DNA from: a virus
Virus record (IMG/VR): IMGVR_UViG_3300008107_000017
Coordinates: 75,777-139,776 of that record
Direction: 5' to 3' (one strand)
DNA length: 64,000 nucleotides
Part shown: in pieces, positions 19,048 through 29,311 of the stretch
How positions within the stretch are numbered: the first letter of the stretch is position 1
Layout: every line of letters begins with the position of its first letter
The notes under the pieces: generated by a model
The model's database searches: none
Told to the model about the DNA's origin: nothing
What the model saw: only the letters and a program-made list of their open reading frames with translations
Position numbers and translations under genes: made by a program

Positions 19048-19770
19048 ATGAAATTTATTAAAACGTTTGTTAACTTCTTAACTGAAAAGAAAGAAGAAAA
19101 AGACTTCGAGGATAAAATAAAAGGCCACGGATACTTTAAAGGTATATCAACCTCAACTGCCCGCAAGAAAGTGGATCAAATGAAAGACCAGGCTGCTAAA
19201 CCTGATAATGATCCTTCTGCTTATAAAGAATTACCAGGCGACACCAAAGGAAAGAAACTCCTAAAACCTTCTAAACATACTAAGAATTATCAGGATATCT
19301 ATGCTGATGATGAAAAGGACACTAAAAATGAATCTATCATTAATTGGGAACTCTATCAAAAGCTTAAAGAAAATGATCTTAAAATAGAAAAAGAGATCAA
19401 GGATTTTAGTATTCTTCCATTTATGATTAATGAGGATGACGCAGGTGGGGATCGTTCGCCGATTGATAATGATGCTATTGAAACTGGGTTAAAGAAAAAG
19501 AGCGAGGAAACAGGTGTTCCTTTACCGCTTCTTAGAATAGTAATGCGTCGTGGAATGGCTGCATGGAAAAGTGGTCATAGACCTGGTGCAGGACAAGAAC
19601 AGTGGGGTTATGCTAGAGTTAATTCATTTTTAACTCAAGCACCAGGAACATGGGGTCGTCCTATTAAAGATCCTCAAAAGAATGGACCTAAAGGCGCTTA
19701 TGGTGCCGATGCTGATGTAGCACAAGAAGTAATTAAAGGTGGTCATGATAAAAATCTAAAAAAAGGATAA
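19048..19770 (+). CDS. Putative capsid-internal protein (DUF5824-like C-domain)
   Basis: Leader MKFIKTFVNFLTE; RGMAAWKSGHRPG...QWGYARVNSF. Confidence 0.6.
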   Translation: MKFIKTFVNFLTEKKEEKDFEDKIKGHGYFKGISTSTARKKVDQMKDQAAKPDNDPSAYKELPGDTKGKKLLKPSKHTKNYQDIYADDEKDTKNESIINWELYQKLKENDLKIEKEIKDFSILPFMINEDDAGGDRSPIDNDAIETGLKKKSEETGVPLPLLRIVMRRGMAAWKSGHRPGAGQEQWGYARVNSFLTQAPGTWGRPIKDPQKNGPKGAYGADADVAQEVIKGGHDKNLKKG

Positions 19771-20216
19771 TGAAAACAATAAAACTATTTGAAGAATTTA
19801 AAGAAGCTACTTCATGTCCTGTACCAACTAAAGATTTAGAAGTTAATACCAAAAATCGTGATAGAGCAATTCATGCAGATTTTATTGATTATGGACCTCT
19901 TAATGTAGATGAACCTGCAGGTTATTGGGAACATTTAGCAGATCATTGGAATACCAGTGTTGATGCAGCTAAAGCATCTACATGTGGAAATTGTGTGGCT
20001 TTTGACATATCTCCTCGTATGTTAGAATGTATGCCAGGTGAAATTAGTGATGGCGATGGAAGATTAGGTTATTGTTGGATGCATCACTTTAAATGCCATT
20101 CTGCCCGCTCTTGTTATACATGGGCAAAGGGTGGTCCTATAACCGATGATAAGATATCTTACGGATGGCAAGAAAAAAATCTGGATGCTGCAAACAATCC
20201 AAACCCTATTAAGTAA
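19770..20216 (+). CDS. Cys-rich putative capsid-internal protein
   Basis: Leader MKTIKLFEEFKE; CGNC...GYCWMHHFKCHSARSC. Confidence 0.6.
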   Translation: MKTIKLFEEFKEATSCPVPTKDLEVNTKNRDRAIHADFIDYGPLNVDEPAGYWEHLADHWNTSVDAAKASTCGNCVAFDISPRMLECMPGEISDGDGRLGYCWMHHFKCHSARSCYTWAKGGPITDDKISYGWQEKNLDAANNPNPIK

Positions 20217-20218
20217 TT

Positions 20219-20761
20219 ATGAAATTTGTAAAAAACTTTAATGATTATCATAAAGTCTCCGAGGGACTTAAATATCATATAGAAAATGGTTTGGATTTAA
20301 CAAACAGTGTTTATCGCTTAGGTTCAGATTCATATGCCAATCTATTTGAAGAAGTAAAACAATATTGGGATAAAGGAAATATCATCCTAAACGGAAAGAG
20401 CGGTTGGATGGCAAAAAATCTCGAGGTTGGAAAACCCGCTGTTTATACTGACCGTAAAACCGGAAGAACTACTAAGGTAAAACTCGATTCACCAGAAAGA
20501 GGTGGAAATAAAAAGTTTATCGTTTATCGTAATACTGGTAGAACTAATGAAAATGGCGATGTGGTTGCAAGAAAGATTGAATGGGGTGATCCTAATCTTA
20601 CTGTAAAGAATGATGATCCAGGTCGGGCTGCATCTTTTTGGGCAAGGCATGGTTGCGATAAAGCAGAAAAGATGGATCCTAATAAGGCAGGTTTCTGGGC
20701 ATGTTATGGTCCAAGCTTGTTTGGAAAACAGTTAGGTTTAAGTAGCACTGAACCTTGGTAA
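20219..20761 (+). CDS. Putative capsid-internal protein
   Basis: Leader MKFVKNFNDYHKVSE; SFWARHGC...FWAC. Confidence 0.55.
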   Translation: MKFVKNFNDYHKVSEGLKYHIENGLDLTNSVYRLGSDSYANLFEEVKQYWDKGNIILNGKSGWMAKNLEVGKPAVYTDRKTGRTTKVKLDSPERGGNKKFIVYRNTGRTNENGDVVARKIEWGDPNLTVKNDDPGRAASFWARHGCDKAEKMDPNKAGFWACYGPSLFGKQLGLSSTEPW

Positions 20762-20788
20762 ATAAATAAACAAATAATAAAAAAAGAT

Positions 20789-22144
20789 ATGAGACATATT
20801 CCTAATTATTCGGAATTTAAGAAAATTAATGAAGCTTTTGCTACTTCAATGACAACAGTTCAAAATGATGCCAAATTGAATCAGGCCGCTGATATTATTA
20901 CAAACTTCTTAAATAAGAAAACCGGTAAGGCATTTAAGAAATTCCCGTTCCTGGTATATTCAAATGGAACCCCGGGCATTATGCTTTATAGTGATAAAGA
21001 TAGTTCTGCGGTTAGAATTAGCGGCGGGGCTGGTCGTTTTCCTGGTGTAGTTGGTCAATTGGACTATTTTTCTGATGCTGCTTCACAAACGGCTGATTTT
21101 TCTGTTAGTAGTGAAACATTCCCAATTGTTGCATTACTTAATGAATTTGTTAAATTAGTCAATGAACCTTCATATGCAACAGAAGTAGAATCATTAACTG
21201 AATCTACTCTTAATGAAGCAACTAAATCTTTCTCACCAGCTGAGCAGAAAACAATCTTAAGCAGATTGGATAAAGGCGAAAGCGGCGCTGCTATTGCAAG
21301 AGATATGGGAGTATCATACGGTATGATCCTACAACTTAAGAGAAATGTAAATGTTCCTCAAGATGAGAATCCTGCAGTAAAGGCAAACGAATTAACTTTG
21401 CAAGATAAGGTTAAACTATTGGATGAAACATTAGATGACCTTTATGAAATTACTAGAAGACTTGCTGCTGGTGCATTTACTTCCCTAATGGTTTCAGGTA
21501 GAGCAGGTACTGGTAAAACATTCTCTGTTACTAAAGCATTAAAAGATGAAGGTCTTATTGAGGATGATGACTTTATCGTTGTGTCCGGAGCAGTATCAGT
21601 TATTATGATGTATAAGAAAATGTATCAATACAGAAATCAAGTTCTTGTATTTGATGACTGTGATGCTGTATTCCGTGATGAAAATGGTCGTAACATCTTA
21701 AAGGCCGCTCTTGATACTAAAAAGACCAGAAGAATTTCTTATCTTAAGAAGAGTGGATTAGTATTTGACCCTAAAGATTTTGAAAATAATCCAGAAGGTG
21801 AATTTAATGCAATTGAAAATGGATTAGTTCCTGCATATTTTGATTTTGCCGGTAGAGTGGTATTTATCTCAAACCTTCCTAAAGATAAAGCTGACCCTGA
21901 TGGAGCTATTCGTTCAAGATCAATCTTAATTGACGTTAATCCTGATGATATGACTCTAATGGAAAGAATTAAGATTCTTTTACCAGATCTTGAACCAAGA
22001 GATATGCCTCTCAAAGATAAAGAAGAAATTTTTGAATTTATGAAACGCGCAAAAGACGTCTCAATGAGAACCTTTGTTAAGGCTGCAGGTTTCAAACAGG
22101 CAGGTCTAAACAATTGGGAAAGAATGGCACAAAGATATCTATAA
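20789..22144 (+). CDS. AAA+ ATPase with central HTH and capsid-targeting-like leader
   Basis: Leader MRHIPNYSEFKKINE; HTH SGAAIARDMGVSY; Walker A GRAGTGKT; Walker B LVFDDCD; FISN; AIRSR. Confidence 0.75.
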   Translation: MRHIPNYSEFKKINEAFATSMTTVQNDAKLNQAADIITNFLNKKTGKAFKKFPFLVYSNGTPGIMLYSDKDSSAVRISGGAGRFPGVVGQLDYFSDAASQTADFSVSSETFPIVALLNEFVKLVNEPSYATEVESLTESTLNEATKSFSPAEQKTILSRLDKGESGAAIARDMGVSYGMILQLKRNVNVPQDENPAVKANELTLQDKVKLLDETLDDLYEITRRLAAGAFTSLMVSGRAGTGKTFSVTKALKDEGLIEDDDFIVVSGAVSVIMMYKKMYQYRNQVLVFDDCDAVFRDENGRNILKAALDTKKTRRISYLKKSGLVFDPKDFENNPEGEFNAIENGLVPAYFDFAGRVVFISNLPKDKADPDGAIRSRSILIDVNPDDMTLMERIKILLPDLEPRDMPLKDKEEIFEFMKRAKDVSMRTFVKAAGFKQAGLNNWERMAQRYL

Positions 22145-22147
22145 TAT

Positions 22148-23626
22148 ATGAAACATTTTAGATCATACAGTGAGTTTAAACTCCAGGAAAAATACGAAGG
22201 TGTAGAGGTTAGTACTAGACGCTACGAAAGAGTACATGGTAAAAAACCGCGTGGAAATGGAATGTGGGCATTTTACCTTGATCCAATTGGTGATGAACCT
22301 ATTTTTACTCCTTCTGCAATGAACTATACCGATGCTGTTAAATGGGCATCTCTTAAAGCCAGAAACATGGGTAAGAAAGTTATCTATGTTGGTGAATCGG
22401 TTAATGAAGAAGTAAATCCTAAAATTAAAGATGAAGTTATTTCAAGACTATCTGACTTCTTTAGAGTTTCCCCTAATGCCTTAAAGAAATTTAATTTTGA
22501 TGGAAACGATAACATTAAAGAACTTACAAAGGCTCTTAATTCAACTAGTGATCAAGGCACTAAGCTTTATTATGATACTGCAATTAAACTTGCAAAAGAA
22601 GATCTTGGTATCAGAGAATCGGTTAATGAAGCCTATAACGGTAATATGTCAGACTTCAAATATGATTTGGAAATGGCAGTTGAAGAACTGGGTATATCTG
22701 GTAATGCAATAAAAAAGGTTTCAAAATCTGGTAAAGGATATGAAGTTAGAATGTCCAGTTATATGAGTCAACGTGGTACTTGGGAAAAGATTGGGGAACT
22801 TATTGGGGCTACTCTTGTAGATTTTAAAGCAGATAAATCAATCAATGTTGGAATTTATGAAAGGGAAACATCCATCACTGAAGGTGAAGCTCTTATCTTT
22901 GATATAGTAGAACCTGAGTTTAATGATCTTAAGAATAAGATATCTGATCTTAATAAAAAGACAGTTGACCTAAAATGGAGAAAGGCATTAGATCAAATTC
23001 AAAGAGAGGTTGAAAAACTTGAGTTCTTTATATCTAAATACGATAAACAATTAGGTGCGATTGAAACTAATGAATCTCTTAACGAACGTGAATACTCTGA
23101 TGAAGAAAGAAAAGATATGGCTGATAAAGGCTTAGCCTTACCTGATGGTTCATTTCCAATTAAAGACTTAGAGGATCTTAAAAATGCTATTCAGGCATAC
23201 GGCCGCTCAAAGGATCAATCCGCTACTGCTAAATTTATTGTTAAGAGAGCAAAGGCACTAAGTGCCGAGGATCTTATTCCTGATACTGAAGATTTTCAAA
23301 AGGCTTTAAAGGAAACTATTACTGAAGGTAATGCATTCCTTGCTGCCCGTGCAAAAGCAATTGATGAAGATGCCGAGGAGTTTGAATTTAATGGTAAAAA
23401 ATATCCAGTATTAAATAGACCTAAGAAACTTAATGAAGAGCTTTCTGATAATGATGCATATAAGATTATAGATATAGGTTCAAAGTTTTCTAAGGAAGTA
23501 GGCGGACATTTACTTGCAACCCAGACATTTGATACAGCCAATGATTTTGTTGATTACCTTCTTTCTGAATTTATTCCAAAGAAAGATCATCCAAAATTCT
23601 TAAAGTCTGTTAAATCATTAATGTAA
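22148..23626 (+). CDS. Modular putative internal polyprotein (includes a DUF6582-like module)
   Basis: Leader MKHFRSYSEFKLQE; linkers ESVNE, ESVNE, ETSITE, ESLNE, ETITE, KLNE; ALPDGSFPI...NAIQAYGR. Confidence 0.65.
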   Translation: MKHFRSYSEFKLQEKYEGVEVSTRRYERVHGKKPRGNGMWAFYLDPIGDEPIFTPSAMNYTDAVKWASLKARNMGKKVIYVGESVNEEVNPKIKDEVISRLSDFFRVSPNALKKFNFDGNDNIKELTKALNSTSDQGTKLYYDTAIKLAKEDLGIRESVNEAYNGNMSDFKYDLEMAVEELGISGNAIKKVSKSGKGYEVRMSSYMSQRGTWEKIGELIGATLVDFKADKSINVGIYERETSITEGEALIFDIVEPEFNDLKNKISDLNKKTVDLKWRKALDQIQREVEKLEFFISKYDKQLGAIETNESLNEREYSDEERKDMADKGLALPDGSFPIKDLEDLKNAIQAYGRSKDQSATAKFIVKRAKALSAEDLIPDTEDFQKALKETITEGNAFLAARAKAIDEDAEEFEFNGKKYPVLNRPKKLNEELSDNDAYKIIDIGSKFSKEVGGHLLATQTFDTANDFVDYLLSEFIPKKDHPKFLKSVKSLM

Positions 23627-23627
23627 T

Positions 23628-24221
23628 ATGAAATACTTTAAAAAATATAATGAATTTATCACTGAAAAGATTGCATATCCTGATGGAGACAAAACTACCG
23701 GTGATAAGATTCTTGATAAGTTTGCTAAATTAATTAATAGTCCATCAAGTACTGTTAATATTATGTCATGGGCAGTTCAGGGTAGAAGTATACCTTTTAT
23801 GACTGGTGCCGAATCTTTTTCTGTAAATGCTAATCCATCACAAGACTATTTTTGGATTAATACATCAAAGGGAAAATTTAGACTACCTAAGAAGGATATT
23901 AAAAAGGCCGAGGAATTATATGATGAGGTAGAATCTATTATACAAACTGGAAAGCCTAAAAGAAGTGTTGAAGAATCTCTTAATGAATCTACTTCATTAA
24001 AGAATGCAATTGCTATTCTTAAGAAAGAAAACATTATGGCATATCCTAACCCAGAAGATTTGGCAAAAGCAATTCACAAACACTATAAAGAAATTACAGG
24101 AGATAAGTACGAAGATGCTGTTGAAATGTCAATGAACGATAAGGTAGCTGATATCGTATCATATTTCAAAATCGACGGTTCAGACTTTATGTCAGCCTGG
24201 GATAAAACAATAAAAGACTAA
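23628..24221 (+). CDS. Putative capsid-internal two-module protein
   Basis: Leader MKYFKKYNEFITE; internal EESLNE. Confidence 0.6.
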   Translation: MKYFKKYNEFITEKIAYPDGDKTTGDKILDKFAKLINSPSSTVNIMSWAVQGRSIPFMTGAESFSVNANPSQDYFWINTSKGKFRLPKKDIKKAEELYDEVESIIQTGKPKRSVEESLNESTSLKNAIAILKKENIMAYPNPEDLAKAIHKHYKEITGDKYEDAVEMSMNDKVADIVSYFKIDGSDFMSAWDKTIKD

Positions 24222-24224
24222 ACT

Positions 24225-24641
24225 ATGATTACATCATTTAATAATTTCTTAAACGAAAACTTCGGAGAAGCACAAGACATTTATGGCTCATTCTTTGTTG
24301 CTATGTTAGGACTTAGAGATCAGGCCCATATATTTCATTGGCAAACAGAATCATTTGCACAACATAGCGCATTTGGTGGATTTTATGATACCTATCTTAC
24401 ATTAGTTGATAAGTTATCAGAATCTTTAATTGGTATTCATGGAAGACCTTCTTTTATGGAAGCTGAAATTGAATTATCTGGTTATAGTGAAGAAAACATT
24501 GCGATATTTTTAGAAAAAGCATATGCTTTATTCTTAGGGCAAGGAACTGAATTGGCTGGCGGTAATACCGAAATTAAGAATATCATCGATGAGATTATTG
24601 CTGAACTTGATAAGTTAAAGTATCTTCTTACTCTTAAATAA
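24225..24641 (+). CDS. Dps/ferritin-like protein (DUF5856-like) with leader
   Basis: Leader MITSFNNFLNE; HIFHWQT..FAQHSAFG.FYD...DKLSE; DEI...KYLL. Confidence 0.75.
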   Translation: MITSFNNFLNENFGEAQDIYGSFFVAMLGLRDQAHIFHWQTESFAQHSAFGGFYDTYLTLVDKLSESLIGIHGRPSFMEAEIELSGYSEENIAIFLEKAYALFLGQGTELAGGNTEIKNIIDEIIAELDKLKYLLTLK

Positions 24642-24943
24642 TGAAATTCATTAAGGCATACGAATCGTTCCTATTTGAAGGAAAACCTAAAGGTGCTCCT
24701 GATTGGCATGATTCAGATGCTCCTGATGCAGAAGGTCGTTTTAAAGATCTTTCACCAAAGGACCTCGCCGCTTGGCTTATTAAGTCAAGAAAAGGCGATC
24801 TAAAAAGAATAAGCGGTTCACTCACACAGCAGGTTGTTTTTAATCGTAATGATGATCCTGCATATGCGGAAAAGATGGAAAAGACTCGTAAAGAAGTTTA
24901 TAAACAATTAGGGAGAGAAGACCTATTAAATAAAAAGGATTAG
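24641..24943 (+). CDS. Putative capsid-internal protein
   Basis: Leader MKFIKAYESFLFE. Confidence 0.6.
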   Translation: MKFIKAYESFLFEGKPKGAPDWHDSDAPDAEGRFKDLSPKDLAAWLIKSRKGDLKRISGSLTQQVVFNRNDDPAYAEKMEKTRKEVYKQLGREDLLNKKD

Positions 24944-25495
24944 ATGAAAAACATTATCTTAGATAATTTACAAACAAATTTTTGGTTTAACTATCCTAAT
25001 TTTTATACCGAGGTTTCACAAAAAGATTATAAGATATTTGTGGAGGTTGGGGTTTGGAAAGGTCATTCAATTTCTTATCTTGCAAAAAAGCTAAAAGAAT
25101 CTAAAAAAGATTTTAAAGTTTATGCAGTTGATTTATTTGAAAATACCTCAAAAGAAGATTGGGGTTATCTAAAAGAAGTTCCTTATATTTATGAAATCTA
25201 TAATGAAGTTCTGAAGAGAGAAGGCGTTAGAGATGTCATAACAGATATTAAAGGTTGTTCTTGGGATATGGCATCTAAATTCGAAGATCATAGCATAGAC
25301 TTTGTTTTTATAGATGCAGGTCATGATTATGAATCTGTTAGTAAAGATATTAAAAATTGGCTACCAAAGATCAAACCGGGTGGTATGATATCTGGTCATG
25401 ATTTTTATAATTCTTCTGGTGTAGCTCAAGCAGTTAAGGAGTTAGTTCCAGACTTTAAGATTAGTTCAGAAAAAATTTGGTTTAAGCAAATCTAA
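24944..25495 (+). CDS. Class I SAM-dependent methyltransferase (Methyltransf_24-like)
   Basis: VEVGVWKGHS, FIDAGHDYE, KPGGMISGHDF. Confidence 0.9.
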   Translation: MKNIILDNLQTNFWFNYPNFYTEVSQKDYKIFVEVGVWKGHSISYLAKKLKESKKDFKVYAVDLFENTSKEDWGYLKEVPYIYEIYNEVLKREGVRDVITDIKGCSWDMASKFEDHSIDFVFIDAGHDYESVSKDIKNWLPKIKPGGMISGHDFYNSSGVAQAVKELVPDFKISSEKIWFKQI

Positions 25496-25506
25496 AAAAG
25501 TATTAA

Positions 25507-25848
25507 ATGTGTTGTAAAAATTGTAAATGTAAAGATCTAACTGCGTCCAGAATTATTGAGCAGATGGATGATACAAGAAAACCTTTCGTTGATACGAAAG
25601 TTGATAAGAACACAAGAATACGAAATTTCCACCCACAATATGAAGACCACTTATTTAAGTGGCATTGGGATGATGAAGATCGTTGGATTGAAGCAACTGG
25701 CGAAAATGATTGGCAGTTTCAATTTGATGATGAGTTACCCCAATCATTGGAGCCAAATAAAATAATTATGATTCCAAAAGGAATTTATCATAGATTAATC
25801 AAAGGTTCAAATATCCTGACTATCAAAATATCAGCTGTTCCTAATTAA
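25507..25848 (+). CDS. Cupin-fold protein
   Basis: WHWDDEDR...IPKGIYHRLIKG. Confidence 0.7.
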   Translation: MCCKNCKCKDLTASRIIEQMDDTRKPFVDTKVDKNTRIRNFHPQYEDHLFKWHWDDEDRWIEATGENDWQFQFDDELPQSLEPNKIIMIPKGIYHRLIKGSNILTIKISAVPN

Positions 25849-25902
25849 AAGTCTTTCTTAAACCATTTTCAATCCATGGGTATAATTAATATACATTGAA
25901 AC

Positions 25903-27927
25903 ATGGGCGAAATATATCCAGAAGATAATACGGAAAGAGAACCTATTAAACAACAAAAGTTTAAGAGATCTTCTCTACAGGTTCTAGAGGCATACGGAAC
26001 CAATATTACTAAGCTTGCCACAGAAGGTAAGTTAGATCCAGTTATTGGTAGAGAAGATGAAATTCTTAGAGTTATCCAAATACTTGGTAGACGTAGAAAA
26101 AATAACCCGGTCCTGGTTGGAGAACCTGGTGTTGGTAAAACTGCAATTGTTGAAGGCTTGGCAATGAGAATGATTGAAGGTAATGTTCCTGCTTCTCTCC
26201 AAGGAAAAATCATTTATACATTAGAGTTAACAACTATAGTTGCTGGTACTAAATACCGTGGTCAGTTTGAAGAAAGAATGAAGGCCATCGTTGATGAATT
26301 AGTTGCTAATCCTCATGTAATTATTTTCATAGATGAACTTCATACCCTCGTAGGGGCAGGTGGAACTTCAGGATCCTTGGATGCATCAAACATTATTAAA
26401 CCGGCATTGGCTCGTGGAGAAATCCGCTGTATTGGTGCAACCACATTTGATGAGTTTAGAGAAAATATCGAAAAGGATGGTGCATTGGATCGTAGGTTTC
26501 AAAAGGTCGTTATAGAACCTGCATCAACAGACGAAACGGTTACTATCTTAACTAATATTAAGCATAAATATGAATCATTTCATAATGTTTCATATTCAGA
26601 GGAAATCATTTCTTTAATTGTTAAATTAGCCGACCAATATATCATGGAAAGATTTTTACCTGATAAAGCGGTGGATATTCTTGATGAAGTTGGTTCCTTT
26701 AAGCACTTAAATAATATGAAGATTCCTAAAAAGATTAAGAGTCTTGAGGAAAAACTTCATAAAAAAGAAGCAGATAAAAATGAAGCAGTAGGGCGGCAAG
26801 ATTATGAAGCCGCGGCTCGTGAAAGAGATGTCTGTATACAACTTAAAGACCAGATTCAAAAAGAATACACAATCTGGAAAAAAGAAATCTCTGAAAGTAA
26901 ACTTGAAATTACAACCGATGATGTTCTTAAGGTGGTTTCAAAAGGCACAGGAATTCCTTTAGAAAAAATTAATGATAAGGAAAATAAAAATCTGATTGGT
27001 CTTAATGATCATCTTTCTTCCAGAGTCATTGGACAAAAAGAAGCCATTGATAAAATTTCAATAACAATTCAAAGAAATCGCGTAGGTATTAGAAAGAGAG
27101 ATCGTACCGTAGGTAACTTTATCTTTTTAGGACCAACTGGGGTTGGTAAAACTCAATTGGCAAAAGAGATCGCAAATTACATGTACGGTTCAGAAGACAG
27201 TCTTATTAGAGTAGATATGTCAGAGTATATGGAACCTCATTCTATCTCCAAGTTAATTGGATCCCCTCCTGGATATGTTGGACACGAGTCTGGTGGGTTT
27301 CTAACGGAGCAGGTAAAGAGAAAACCACACTCTGTTATATTATTTGATGAAGTAGAAAAAGCTCATCCAGAAGTGTTTAATGTGCTCTTGCAAATGTTAG
27401 ATGATGGGAGGCTTACCGATTCTCTTGGTAGGACTATTGATTTTAGAAACTGTTTAGTTATCTTAACATCAAATACAGGAAGTAGAAAACTTGAAGAGTT
27501 TGGTGAAGGCATTGGTTTTAGACCATCTACGACTATTGCTGAAAAGTCTCATGCTGAAAAGGAAGTTTTAAAGAAAGCACTTAATCATAAATTTTCGCCA
27601 GAGTTCTTAAATCGTATAGATGAAATCATTATCTTTAATAAGTTAAGTAAGGAAGATGTATTTTACATTCTAAATAATGAATGTAATGATCTTAAAGATA
27701 ACCTATTTGAAGTAGGTGAATATGATTTTAAGATAAGTAAAGCAGCCAAGGAGATCATTATCAATGAAGGATACGATCCTAAGTTTGGAGCCCGTCCACT
27801 GAAAAGAACCTTAGAAAGACTGATTGAAAATCCTATTGCAGAAATGATTCTAAAAGGAGAATTAAAACCTGGAGATACTATCAAGGCTGGAGTCTCCAAA
27901 GAATCAATAAAGATTGAAAAGGGTTAA
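25903..27927 (+). CDS. clpC: ClpC-like Hsp100 ATPase lacking the N-terminal domain
   Basis: Two AAA+ modules (GEPGVGKT, GPTGVGKT), UVR-type middle domain QDYEAAARERD, IGF loop. Confidence 0.9.
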   Translation: MGEIYPEDNTEREPIKQQKFKRSSLQVLEAYGTNITKLATEGKLDPVIGREDEILRVIQILGRRRKNNPVLVGEPGVGKTAIVEGLAMRMIEGNVPASLQGKIIYTLELTTIVAGTKYRGQFEERMKAIVDELVANPHVIIFIDELHTLVGAGGTSGSLDASNIIKPALARGEIRCIGATTFDEFRENIEKDGALDRRFQKVVIEPASTDETVTILTNIKHKYESFHNVSYSEEIISLIVKLADQYIMERFLPDKAVDILDEVGSFKHLNNMKIPKKIKSLEEKLHKKEADKNEAVGRQDYEAAARERDVCIQLKDQIQKEYTIWKKEISESKLEITTDDVLKVVSKGTGIPLEKINDKENKNLIGLNDHLSSRVIGQKEAIDKISITIQRNRVGIRKRDRTVGNFIFLGPTGVGKTQLAKEIANYMYGSEDSLIRVDMSEYMEPHSISKLIGSPPGYVGHESGGFLTEQVKRKPHSVILFDEVEKAHPEVFNVLLQMLDDGRLTDSLGRTIDFRNCLVILTSNTGSRKLEEFGEGIGFRPSTTIAEKSHAEKEVLKKALNHKFSPEFLNRIDEIIIFNKLSKEDVFYILNNECNDLKDNLFEVGEYDFKISKAAKEIIINEGYDPKFGARPLKRTLERLIENPIAEMILKGELKPGDTIKAGVSKESIKIEKG

Positions 27928-27980
27928 ACCTTTTGCTTATTTTGCATATAAAAATAAATGACAATTTTACCTTTTAATTA

Positions 27981-29033
27981 ATGAATCCTACTTACCTTAC
28001 TTACGATGACATTCAACTTGTACCAAAGTTTTCAAACATTAGGTCAAGAAATCAAATATCATTAAGAACCAAACTAAGTAAAAGATATGACCTACTTATT
28101 CCTATTGTAGCATCACCTATGGATACTGTTTGTGAAGTTGATATGGCGGTGAAAATGTTTCGTATGGGTGGCGTTGGATGTATTCATCGCTTTAACTCCA
28201 TAGATGAACAAGTTATGATGGTTAGAAAAACTGTTTATCAATGTTTTGGGGAAAATGGTGAAGGGCACTTAATGACAGATTGGGACAATGAAGATAATAT
28301 CCCAATCATGGCTGCAATTGGTGTTAGCGAAAATGATAAGGAAAGAGCCTTAAAACTTACTGATGCAGGAGCAAACGTATTACTTATTGATGTTGCTCAT
28401 GGAGATCATCAGAATGTAATTGATATGATTAAGTGGTGTAAAGCTAACTTACATTATAGTATTGATATTATTGCAGGTAACATCGCAACAGTTGAAGCCG
28501 CTGAAAGACTACAAGATGCTGGTGCAGATGGGTTAAGAGTAGGTATTGGTGGAGGGTCACTTTGCACTACAAGAATTAAGACAGGGTTTGGAATTCCTAA
28601 TGTAACCTGCATTGAAGATATCGCAGCAGTTTCATCGGTACCAATTATGGCAGATGGAGGTATTCGTGAGAGCGGTGATATTGCAAAAGCATTGGCCGTA
28701 GGTGCAGATAATGTTATGCTAGGATCTCTTATTGCCGGTACTGATGAATCACCTGGTAATATTATTGAAAGCAGAAAAGGATTGTATAAAAGATATAGAG
28801 GATCTGCATCATTGGAAACAAAATCGGCACACGGCCAAGAACAAAGAAATGTTGAAGGTGAATCAACAGTTATTCCTTATAAAGGTGGTGTTAAGTTTAT
28901 TGTTAAGGGATTACTTGAAGGTATTCGTTCTGCCTTTTCATATGCAGGTGCTGATTCAATTAAAACATACCACCCAGATTATGTTGTTGTAACTAACTCT
29001 GGTATTAACGAAGCAAAACCACATCTATTATGA
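27981..29033 (+). CDS. guaB: IMP dehydrogenase/GMP reductase family, no CBS domains
   Basis: ASPMDTV, IDVAHG, AGNIAT, VGIGGGSLCTTR, ADGGI. Confidence 0.85.
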   Translation: MNPTYLTYDDIQLVPKFSNIRSRNQISLRTKLSKRYDLLIPIVASPMDTVCEVDMAVKMFRMGGVGCIHRFNSIDEQVMMVRKTVYQCFGENGEGHLMTDWDNEDNIPIMAAIGVSENDKERALKLTDAGANVLLIDVAHGDHQNVIDMIKWCKANLHYSIDIIAGNIATVEAAERLQDAGADGLRVGIGGGSLCTTRIKTGFGIPNVTCIEDIAAVSSVPIMADGGIRESGDIAKALAVGADNVMLGSLIAGTDESPGNIIESRKGLYKRYRGSASLETKSAHGQEQRNVEGESTVIPYKGGVKFIVKGLLEGIRSAFSYAGADSIKTYHPDYVVVTNSGINEAKPHLL

Positions 29034-29311
29034 ATTTAATTCAACGTATTACTTCAACTAAAGAAAATACTCTAAGTATTAATCTTGATGATCAATTTAT
29101 TGCTGTTCATCACTTAGGATTATATGAAGACCAAAGATGGTACTCATGGTCAAGCTGGGGTCCAACTGAAGGACTTATTCCAGATTATGATAGTCACATT
29201 GTAACAGAAAAAGAAATCATAGAAAGAATTGAATTACTCTTAGGTGATGACGAACCAGATTCTGTACAAAAACATGCAATTAATGTATTTTTTGGAAAGT
29301 CTATTTTATGA
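29030..29311 (+). CDS. Hypothetical protein
   Basis: ATGA overlap tiling. Confidence 0.6.
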   Translation: MNLIQRITSTKENTLSINLDDQFIAVHHLGLYEDQRWYSWSSWGPTEGLIPDYDSHIVTEKEIIERIELLLGDDEPDSVQKHAINVFFGKSIL

